Positions 1 to 9,926 of a stretch of DNA of 40,320 nucleotides are shown in pieces. The DNA is from Octopus bimaculoides (Eukaryota). The notes beneath the pieces were generated by a model. The model searched no databases. It saw nothing but the letters and a program-made list of their open reading frames with translations, and was not told the DNA's origin. Location of the stretch: positions 138,506,306 to 138,546,625 of the forward strand of contig NC_068981.1 in NCBI RefSeq assembly GCF_001194135.2, in the 5' to 3' direction. Numbering within the stretch: the stretch's first letter is position 1; each line of letters begins with the position of its first letter. A program made the position numbers and the translations under genes.

Positions 1-19
1 ATATTCCTACATATATATA

Positions 20-905
20 CAGGGTATCTCAAAAGTTACTGATGGGATTCAGTTTTTAATAATTTCCTTAACTTAACAAATAAATGCATGAAATTTTGAT
101 ACAATATAAAGAACATAATGGAAATTAATATGCACAAGGTAAATTTTGCAACACCACTGCATCACATATGAAAAATGACATTGATTAAATGGCAGCCATT
201 TTTGGCTTGGTACGCCCGTGCACTTTGCAAAACTTGCACCATAACACCCTCAAGAGTTTCCAACCCCACTTCTCTGATTTTTCTGTTGATGTTCTACTTC
301 AGTTGCACCAGGGTCTCCAGTTTGTTGACGTAAACCCTCTCTTTCAGGTATCCCCACAAGAAAAAAATCCGGGTTAGTTAAGTCTGGGGAACGTGAAGGC
401 CAGTTTGACATTGCCGTAGCAGGAGATTATTCACTCTCCAAAACACTGCCACAGCAACTGCATTGTTTCCTTTGCGGTATGAGCAGTTGCCCCATCTTGC
501 TGGAACCATGTGTGATGTCTACTTTGAATGGACGGGCACCAAAAGGTCTCAGTCAGGGATATCTGAAAGAGAAGGTTTACATCAACAAATCGGAAACCCT
601 GGTGCAACTGAAGGAGAACATCAATAGAAAAATCAGAGAAGTGAGGTATGAAACTCTTGAGGGCATTATGGTACAAGTTTTGGAAAGAGCACGGAATTGC
701 GAACCCGAAAAAGGATGCCATTTAAGCGATGTCATTTTTCATATGTGATGTAGCTGTGTTGCAAAATTTGACTTCAGCGTATTAATTTCCATTATGTCAT
801 TTATATCAAAATATAAAGGGCATAATCAAAATTTCATACATTTATTTGTAAAGTTAAGGAAGTTATTAAAGACTAACACCCATCAGTGACTCTTAAGACA
901 TTTTG
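20..905. mobile_element. Fold-back non-autonomous Tc1/mariner (DD41D/rosa-type) element built from two inverted transposase 3' ends
   Basis: The ends are inverted (cagggtatctcaaaagttactgatggg... / ...cccatcagtgactcttaagacattttg) and TA-flanked (18-19, 906-907). Inverted homology extends ~340 bp (20-354 vs 556-905). The minus strand reads WFQQDGATAH...*...NWPSRSPDLTNPDFF with a stop and a frameshift, giving 41 residues between the 2nd and 3rd Asp. The plus strand reads GYLKEKVY...HLSDVIFHM*. Confidence 0.85.
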
Positions 906-908
906 TAC

Positions 909-957
<49 letters not shown>

Positions 958-958
958 C

Positions 959-1013
<55 letters not shown>
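909..1013. repeat. (TCTA)n microsatellite
   Basis: Direct reading of the tetranucleotide run. Confidence 0.97.
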
Positions 1014-1014
<1 letters not shown>

Positions 1015-1239
1015 AGTAATCCCACGACATATCGCGGTTCACCGATCACGGTTTATTATTCAAGCTTATGTTGATTCCTTCGTGATGTAGTTTTGCATTT
1101 ATAATAAAATAAATATATACAAATTATAAAAATAATAATAGTAAAATATATACAGTACAGTACTGTTTCTACTTCGCGGATTTTCACCTGTCGTGGGTTG
1201 TTTTGGAACGTAACAGCCGCGATAGTTGAGGGATTACTG
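1014..1239. mobile_element. pogo/Tigger-like MITE (~225 bp)
   Basis: Imperfect TIRs tagtaatcccacgacatatcgcgg / ccgcgatagttgagggattactg, resembling Tigger-type CAGTARTCCC..CGCGG ends. TA lies on the left, the right TSD is degenerate, and the interior is AT-rich and non-coding. Confidence 0.65.
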
Positions 1240-1507
1240 AATATATATTCTCTAAGTAACGACTTGATTGGAACTGTTGAACAGATCAACAACTTCTGAG
1301 CATTTGTGAGCGTTAGAAACACAGGGAACTTCATTCAGCAAGCGTCATTTTATCGGTTAGCTCGAATCATCGATGTCATACTGTTTTGGTCTGCGAATTA
1401 TATTAAAGGTGTAAATATCTGCTGATGCACAGTCATTTACTAACTAACCCAGGAGTAAGTAATTCAGTTGATCGCACAACAGAATACTCATCGTCGAACG
1501 ACGGAGA

Positions 1508-1521
1508 TATTTATCTATCTG

Positions 1522-1563
<42 letters not shown>
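1508..1563. repeat. (TCTA)n microsatellite
   Basis: Direct reading. Confidence 0.95.
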
Positions 1564-1564
<1 letters not shown>

Positions 1565-1663
1565 CGCGAACACTGATTCTAAGGAGATTTGTTTACTCTT
1601 TCTAGTGACCACATACATGACTCCCACTGGTCGCTGACAAGAATGTGTTTTACAGTACTATTA

Positions 1664-3022
1664 CAAGGTGGAGCATAAAGATATCCCAGATTTGCAGTGG
1701 GCACTGTGTGGGCTGTCGTGGCAGTCTTTCTTTCTGTCTGTCACTGTCTTTCTCTCTCTCCCTCTCTTGTTTATAAGATCTGATATTTTACATCATTCTC
1801 TGTCTATCACATTCACATTCTTCCCTCTTTTCTCTCCTTCCTATGTCTACACTGAATTGCTCGCTTTCTCGTTTTCTCAAATAAAGCAAGCGCATACTAA
1901 CAGACACCCGCACAGAATTTGTAAGAGCAGCGCAGTGAGCGTTCTGTAGACACTTCACACTCGGTCCAAATGTATCTGTACCAGAACGGAAAACGATTTT
2001 GCTTTGGATTTCTAACCTTCAGGCAACTGGATCCACACTGAAAATAAAACCACCTAGTAGACCTAGGGCCATTAGAAATCTAGAAAATATGGCAGCAGTA
2101 AGAGTATCCATTCAGCAATCGCTAAGGCATCCCGCTCGTAAGCATAGCATAGCCGTAGGGAGATCAAGTCGGAATTTGAGGAGGATCATGCATGCCAATT
2201 TAAAAATGCATCCATCCAGAATGATGTTGGTTCAAGAATTAACTGAAACAGATCATAACAACCACAGAGCCGTATGTGTGGATATTCTTGCGCAAGTTCC
2301 GCTTCAGGTGTTATTCTGAGTACCGATGAGGCTGAATACCATATCAATGGAGCCGTAAACAAGCAGAATTTTCGCTACTAGGCTGAACAAATCCTCCTGA
2401 ACTTCACCAACGACCGCTTCACTCTCCTCGCGTAGCTGTTTGGTGTGCAGTCGCCGACTTTGGGGTGATCGGACTGTATTTTCTTGAAGAAGGTTGTGCA
2501 CCAGTGACTGTTACCGCTGGTCAGTCCGTTGAAATGTTGGAGGTCTTTCTGTTCACCAAACTGGACGTTTGGATACAGAACGTGTGGTTTCAACCGGACG
2601 GGGTCACAGCTCACACAACACGCCGTTCTCTCGAAGTGTTGAGGGAAATGTTTCCTGGGTGTTTGATCACTTTAAGGGGAGACGCGGGGTGACAGGCATG
2701 GTCACCAGATTTAAGCCCTTGTGACTTTTTCCTTTGTGGTTACCTGAAAGAAAAGGCTTTCCGAATCGTTCTCGAACGCTTGAGGATTTGAAGGAAAGGA
2801 TGAGAGAGGAAATCGATGCAGTTCCACCTGAGATGACACTGAGAGTCACGGAGAACTTCCGGGAACGATTCCATCTGTGTCTTGCCAACAATGGCCGCCA
2901 TTTGACTGATATGATTTTTAAAACTCATTAAAGTAAAACTATTTTTTATGTACTTTAAAAAAATATAATCAGTTTTTTTTAATATCCAATCAAAATGTTG
3001 GTGATCTTTATGCCTCACGCTG
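1664..3022 (+). mobile_element. Near full-length decayed Tc1/mariner DD41D (rosa-type) transposon
   Basis: Imperfect TIRs caaggtggagcataaagat / atctttatgcctcacgctg, with TA at 1662-63. Transposase fragments: ...KPPSRPRAIRNLEN...HPSRMMLVQEL...STDEA...NKQNFRY*...GVIGLYFLEE...WFQPDGVTAH...G*QAWSPDLSPCDFFLCGYLKEK...RHLTDMIFKTH*. The spacing between the 2nd and 3rd Asp counts to 41. Confidence 0.88.
1999..2931 (+). pseudogene. DD41D transposase pseudogene (stops and frameshifts)
   Basis: ORF fragments 1999-2319, 2465-2692 and 2734-2931 join into one transposase, with TGA replacing conserved Trp/Ser codons. Confidence 0.88.
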
Positions 3023-3057
3023 AACTGTAACCCTACATATCTAAAAGAAAATGTTGC

Positions 3058-3293
3058 TATCTATCTATCTATCTATCTAACTATCTATCTATCTGTCGAT
3101 CTATCTATCGTTCGATCTATCTATCCATCTATCTATTTATCTATCTATCTATTTGTCTGTCAGTCTATCAATCTATCTATCTATGTGTCTGTCTGTCTGC
3201 CTATCTATCTATCTATTTATCTATCTGCCTGTCTGTCTGTCTGTCTGTCTATCTAGCTACCTATCGTTGTGATTCTCTCTCTCTCTCTCTCTC
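3058..3293. repeat. Compound (TCTA)n/(TCTG)n/(TC)n microsatellite
   Basis: Direct reading. Confidence 0.95.
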
Positions 3294-3465
3294 TGTTAAA
3301 TTATATTTAAATTATATAATCTCTGTATTTGAATTATTTGTCATTTTTGTGTGGGATGGTGGAGTGGTGGATCAGTCTGCTGGCAATATGAACCTTACCC
3401 TGATACTTTGTTATTGTGTGGTATGAGATCACCGAAATTATGAACATTTGTATTGTATGTGATAA

Positions 3466-3670
3466 TTCTTTCTCCTATAGGCACAAAGCTTGAAATTTTA
3501 CGAGGAGGGTATAGTCGATTACATTGACCCCAGTGATCGACTAGAACTTACTTTATCGACCTCAAATGAATGAAAGTCAAAAATCAACCTCGGCAAGATT
3601 TGAACTCAGAACACGGATGAAATAGTGCTAAGCATTTTGCCCAGTGTACTAACGATTCTACCAGCTCGCA
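3466..3670 (-). mobile_element. tRNA-derived SINE, family A (tail i), diverged
   Basis: Reverse complement of the head gcgagctggcagaa.cgttag...gagttcaaat (A/B box-like), plus the ...ggggtcaatgtaatcgact...tgcctat/aga tail shared with other copies in the window. Confidence 0.8.
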
Positions 3671-5835
3671 GGCTTATTATGGTGTTGATCAATACGTTTT
3701 ACAGGGTATAAAATTATCATTGATATGGGGTGTCAAAGGATATGTTTTAGGATTTTGTTAAAGTTATTGGGTAGTATTGAAGCATAAAATATATCAAATT
3801 AAATTAATCTAAAAGAAAGATTAAGAAAGAGTTTTGTCGTTTCCATTTTTGCAAAAACCGAAATTATAAAAAAGATATTTAAAAGGAAACAATTTTCATT
3901 TATCTTTTGTTATTTTTATATTTGTCTTCGAGAGTTTGGTGGATCGACAATAAAGAAAGAGTGTAAATTTTTTACATGATTAAGTTTGATCTCTGGAAGT
4001 CGTGGGTTTAAATTCTTTCAGGATCGACTTCATTTCTCGTTCTTGAAAAGAAGTGTACAGTAAATGCATAAACACACTGAGATTGAAATGATCAGAAAAT
4101 AAACCTTCGCTATCGAAACGAATATATATATATATATGTATATATATATANNNNNNNNNNNNNNNNNNNNNNNNNNNNNNNNNNNNNNNNNNNNNNNNNN
4201 NNNNNNNNNNNNNNNNNNNNNNNNNNNNNNNNNNNNNNNNNNNNNNNNNNNNNNNNNNNNNNNNNNNNNNNNNNNNNNNNNNNNNNNNNNNNNNNNNNNN
4301 NNNNNNNNNNNNNNNNNNNNNNNNNNNNNNNNNNNNNNNNNNNNNNNNNNNNNNNNNNNNNNNNNNNNNNNNNNNNNNNNNNNNNNNNNNNNNNNNNNNN
4401 NNNNNNNNNNNNNNNNNNNNNNNNNNNNNNNNNNNNNNNNNNNNNNNNNNNNNNNNNNNNNNNNNNNNNNNNNNNNNNNNNNNNNNNNNNNNNNNNNNNN
4501 NNNNNNNNNNNNNNNNNNNNNNNNNNNNNNNNNNNNNNNNNNNNNNNNNNNNNNNNNNNNNNNNNNNNNNNNNNNNNNNNNNNNNNNNNNNNNNNNNNNN
4601 NNNNNNNNNATATATATATATATACATATATATATTCCTCTTGTATGATAATAACGAATTAGGTGACGGATTATATGTTGTGCGATATTTACATCCGATT
4701 AAATTTTGTGTTTATTTTCAGTCGGAATTGTCTGTGACTTTCATCATTTCAGGGTCGATAAAATAAATAGCAGTAAATTACTTAGATCAGTTTAAATGAA
4801 AACATCTCTCCTTTAAATTTTGTTGTCTTCTGCTTAAGAAAATATTATATCCTGTTCGACTGTTACGTGCTTTACGATATTTAAGACTCCATATTAAGAA
4901 GTCGAACAGTACAAATCTCCAGTTCATCACGTGGTTATATTTACAGCTAATATAATTTCGTTAGATTTACAGACATTGATTGACCTCCTCAACTTTGTTT
5001 CTATTACTGACGTCTGTAATAATAATTTGCTGTAAATAGTTTAAATATTTCAACGACGTGCTCTGTGTGAGACAAAATTTAATGAAATGTACTGAACGGA
5101 TTAAATTTGTCACTCTTAGTAACTATTACTTTTGTAAATTTACGGCTAATATCATGCAAGACAGACTGAAGTATCTACTCGAATTTCATTGCAACAATTA
5201 CTGTATTTATAAATTAGAAACAGTATTGGATATTGAATTAAAACGTAGTTAATTGAATGTCAGTTTATTGACATTTGCAACGGAAGTAGATTAAATTTCA
5301 CCGCTGAAAGTAAAGGAATATATCAGTATTTCACCAACGGACAAATGCAAATATATAAATAAATATTACATGGTAAATACTGTAAGTATAAATACGATAA
5401 ATAGCTGCATATCTTTTTCCACCAGCCTCAATATAAAATTTTTTTTAAATGGACACAACTTTCTGATGTCTTGTTATCTACAGTAAGAATCTTGCTGCTT
5501 TTGGTATAAAGGAATATGTTTGGAGACGCCACATTGAACTTTCTATTGTATACATGAAGTGAGAGAAAGTTGTAACTCTATATAGATTTGAATTCGGGCA
5601 AAACACATGTGGTTATACAACATAACAGATTTTGTTTCTTTTTTTTTTTGTTAGCTTGATTTTGGTCTGAAATCCAAGACCATGTGAAATAATGAAATAA
5701 TCGCCGTAAAAATAAGAATCTTCGAAACTAGTAAAGTTAATCTTAGTTTGAGTAAGATTACATGCATGAATTGAGTTTTAAACTAAATAGTAGATAAAAG
5801 AAGCCAAGTATGAAAATATATCTCATTATATATTA

Positions 5836-6310
<475 letters not shown>

Positions 6311-6771
6311 GTCCAAAGAGGAATGATAAAATAAGGCGACCTTTGCTTTAAAAAAATAATTAATTAAAATAATCCAATGTTTGAAAAGATATAGGGAAAT
6401 ATGGACCGTGGTCGTAAAACGTAAAACTAATTAACATTTATTCCAATGAGTTTCTTCAGTAATTGTAAAATTTAAATTTAATTCCTTTGATAAAAGATTT
6501 CACATGAGTTCATAGATTTTATAACGGATTTACATAAATTTCTTGCTTGGATACATTTATCACTGGAGAAACCTGAATTATGTTTACTATGATATGACGG
6601 GAAACTCCATATATTTTGTGAAAGGCGGAAACGTTGGCGCAACACTATTTTGTAACAATATATATCTTTGTTTTTAAAGTTTGCTTTCGGAAAGCAAACT
6701 AAATTTTATTTTATATTATAAGGACGTGTCAGTCCAGTGGGAATCCAACTGGTGCATTTTGAATAAGATAT

Positions 6772-6982
6772 TGGTTTCACATTTTGGTACAAGGTCAGTT
6801 ATTTCGGGTGAGGGCGTAAGTCGATCACTTTGACTATAGTGCTCAACTGGTACTCATTTTATCGACACCAAAAGGATGAAAGGTAAAGTAGACCCCGTCG
6901 GAATTTGAACTCAAAACGTAAAGACGAACAAAATACCGCTTTTTATTTTTGTCCGGCGTGCTAACTGTTCTGCCAGAACGCC
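6772..6982 (-). mobile_element. SINE family A (tail i)
   Basis: Homologous to 7429-7643 and 24251-24466. Confidence 0.8.
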
Positions 6983-7064
6983 GGGTTTATTGTAAATAAG
7001 GTATTCGAAAGCTATCGGTGCATTAATTTTTAATAGATTACTTATCATTGACAATTAATGATTT

Positions 7065-7255
7065 CTGATTTAAGCAGAGGGCTAGCAATTGTGTGGAGAG
7101 TCAATACCATCGTCCCTAGTACAAAACTGGTTCATAATTTTATCAATCCCGGAAAAAGAAAGAGGAATACTGACCTCACCGTAATTTGAATCTGGAACAT
7201 GAAGAACCGAAACAAACACCGTGAGGCATTTATCCAACTCCAGCGATTCTGCCAT
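7065..7255 (-). mobile_element. SINE family A, highly diverged
   Basis: Contains gtaatttgaatctggaac...cgattctgcca and the aactggt..attttatc..ccc.gaaa motifs. Confidence 0.6.
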
Positions 7256-7428
7256 CTATCAGTCTATTAAAATTATATTTCAGCATAAAGCAGTCGCTTT
7301 CATTGGAAAAAACTCACTTAAACATGCTTTTCAAATCATCAATAGTCAAAGTCATGTAAAAACTTTTTCTGTTTTCCGTGGTGTTATTTGAAGTGGTCGT
7401 ATCATATAACTAAATTTTAAATAAAATA

Positions 7429-7643
7429 TCCTTTTTCTACTCTAGGCAAAAGGCCCGAAATTTTGGCGGAGGGGGCCAGTCGATTAGATCTACCCCAGAA
7501 AGCAACTGGTACTTAATCTATCGCCCCCGAAAGGATGAAAGACAAAGTCGACCTCGGCGGAATTTGAACTCTGAACGTAAAGACAGACGAAATATCTCTA
7601 AGCATTTCGCCCGGCGTGCTAACATTTCTGCCAGCTCGCAGCC
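7429..7643 (-). mobile_element. SINE family A (tail i), well preserved
   Basis: Reads cggcggaatttgaactc (B-box, reverse complement) ... gcatttcgcccggcgtgctaacatttctgccagctcgc. Confidence 0.9.
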
Positions 7644-8060
7644 TTTTTTGAGTAAAATATTGGATGACCAAAGGTGTATGTACTACAATCCACACGAATT
7701 TTAGCAAGGGCGTTTTATTCGAAATACTATTTTTGTGGATGGATTATATATATAATAAACAGTCGATATATTTCATACCTAGTAGAACTTTGGAAGTAAT
7801 AACTAACCATACATATTAGAAAATACTTGAAAGCAATTACCTCATTATTATTTTACATATGTAGCCTGGATTTTAACTACTCCATTCCCTAATTTAGGAT
7901 TTCTGTTCGCATACACAACAACCCCTGCTGTTAACTGTAAGCTATACAACCATGTTTTCAGCTTATCGAACTTCGATACGGGAAAAATTTACAACCTTCA
8001 ATTCAACAAACTACTATTGTTACTGAAAGTTGTTTTTTATACCTTCTACGGACAGCTGTG

Positions 8061-8434
8061 GAGGCACAATGGCCAAGTGGTTAGGGCAGCGGACTCGCGG
8101 TCATAGGATCGTGGTTTCGATTCCCAGACCGGGCGTTGTGAGTGTTTATTGAGCGAAGACACCTAAAGCTCCACGAGGCTCCAGCAGGGGATGGTGGCGA
8201 ACCCTGCTGTACTCTTTCACCACAACTTTCTCTTACTTCTTGTTTCTGTTGTGCCTGTAATTCAAAGGACCAGCCTTGTCACACTGCGTCACGCTAAATA
8301 TCCCGGAGAACTACGTTAAGGGTACACGTGTCTGTGGAGTGCTCAGTCTCTTGCACGTTAATTTCACGAGCAGGCTGTTCCGTTGATCGGATCAACTGGA
8401 ACCCTCGACATCGTAAGCGACGGAGTGCCAACAC
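8061..8434 (+). mobile_element. tRNA-derived SINE, family B (~375 bp), with candidate TSD
   Basis: Head tggccaagtggttagggcagcggac...ggtttcgattccc (A/B boxes); near-identical to 18661-19040. Flanked by acggacagct (8048-57) and acggacggct (8435-44). Confidence 0.9.
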
Positions 8435-8925
8435 ACGGACGGCTCGAAGCTTACTATCTTCCTACACCTTTTTTTTTTGTTTTTTTTGTTTTTGTTTTTG
8501 TTAGTTGCTGTTTAGAGTCAAATTTGGTCATGAAGACGTATGAGCGATGGCATTCCTCGAGTGGCCATTGTGAAATTTATTGAGCTTGAAGTTATCAATT
8601 GTATGCTGATATTGGAAATAGATTGGGACCTATTTTTTTCTTGTCGAGAAAAACCTTTTAATGCCAAAGTACGGTATTTTATCTTACAAACTTAATAGAT
8701 TTAATTGTAGCTCACAAACGATTGACGTATTTTAATTTAATTTATATTAAACACAGCTCAAAGGTTTTTTTCATACATGAAACTGTCATCCATCTGAACA
8801 CAACACCAGTGATATTTCCTGATGGCATTTGATATTTCGAATCATTAAATCAGATACCCTCACCCAGACAACCCGGTTAACGTTTATCAAGCTCCAGCAT
8901 GACTAGTTAGTATTATGCCAGGTGT

Positions 8926-9200
8926 GAAGGCGTGTAGTTTAGTGGTTAAGGTATTCGGCTCACGATTGTAAGGTCGTGAGTTCGATTCCCGGTGGCGTGT
9001 TATGTTCTTGAACAAGACACTTTATTTCACGTTGCTTCAGTCCACTCAGCTGGCAAAAATGAGTTGTACCTGTATTTCAAAGGGCCAGCCTTGTCACATT
9101 CTCTATCATGCTGAATCTCCCTAAGGACTACATTAAGAGTACGCATGTCTGTGAAGCGTTCAGCCATTTGCACATTAATCTCACGAGTAGGCAGTTCCGC
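8926..9200 (+). mobile_element. tRNA-derived SINE, family B' (CORE-like middle, 3' tail shared with family B)
   Basis: Head agtggttaaggtattcggctcacgattgtaaggtcgtgagttcgattcccgg; middle tgttcttgaacaagacacttt...cactcagctggcaaaaatgagt; tail tcaaagggccagccttgtcac...gcacattaatctcacgag. Confidence 0.8.
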
Positions 9201-9460
9201 TCTGCAGCAAAGCTGATCCTTAATATATTTGGAAGTGTTGAAAGTGCTTGATGAAAGTGTAGGGAAATGCTGAAAGCGTATAATCGGAGTGGAGAGTAGA
9301 AAAAAAAAAGACGAATATGGATGGATGGGAAAGCGATAGAAAATAGCGTAACTGAAGGAAAAAAAGACAATGAAATAAAATTATTAATAATAATGTTTTT
9401 AACACATCAGATTTACACCTGCCAAAAGCTATCACGTGAAAACAAAACAAAAAAAAATAC

Positions 9461-9466
9461 TTTATT
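9461..9466 (-). terminator. Candidate polyadenylation signal of the zinc-finger gene
   Basis: AATAAA on the minus strand ~460 nt after the stop, followed by a U/GU-rich tract (gtattttttttttgttttgtttt). An alternative AATAAA lies at 9669-9674. Confidence 0.35.
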
Positions 9467-9926
9467 TATTGAGGTACAAAATAGACCTTTTACTTTTCGA
9501 AGATATTCTTTGAGATGTTCACATTTTCGATATTTTATCGAGTCATATCAAGAACCCCACCTGAAGAATATTTCAAATTATTATTGCTTTTTATTAATTA
9601 CCAAACAGTTCCAATTTCGTCTGATTGTACATGGGTTTATGAATGTGTGTACCTGCATAAGTCTTTAGTTTATTATTAGTATATGTTTGTGCAATGGCAT
9701 TGTGCATTCATTCTGCATGTAGATATATCAGCAATCATATTTTCCCAAATATATAATTATTTAACAGGACAAACAATATTGTGTGATAATTAGTTATATA
9801 AATAATTAGTTCAATAGATAGTCTTATTTATGTATTTCGATGTGATTCTCTGTGTGTGCATGTGTGTGTGTGTGCGTGTGGGTGTGTGTAAGGAGATATG
9901 TGAGTGCATGTGGATGCGTTGGTTAG

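Noticed and set aside
189-377. ORFs 189-377 (+) and the N-terminal part of 431-721 (-), which have similar peptides
   Set aside because: They are antisense readings of the transposase 3' end in the two inverted arms, not genes.
3980-4648. Long ORFs spanning N-gaps (also at 14972, 19926, 22923, 25313, 28020)
   Set aside because: These are artefacts of N runs and microsatellites.
4850-4910. 10-bp inverted repeat ctgttcgact/agtcgaacag
   Set aside because: Too short to distinguish from chance or a decayed MITE, and no TSD supports it.
8061-8135. tRNA-like cloverleaf heads (also 8926, 18661, 38606)
   Set aside because: They continue into SINE bodies and occur in multiple diverged copies, so they are SINE heads, not tRNA genes.
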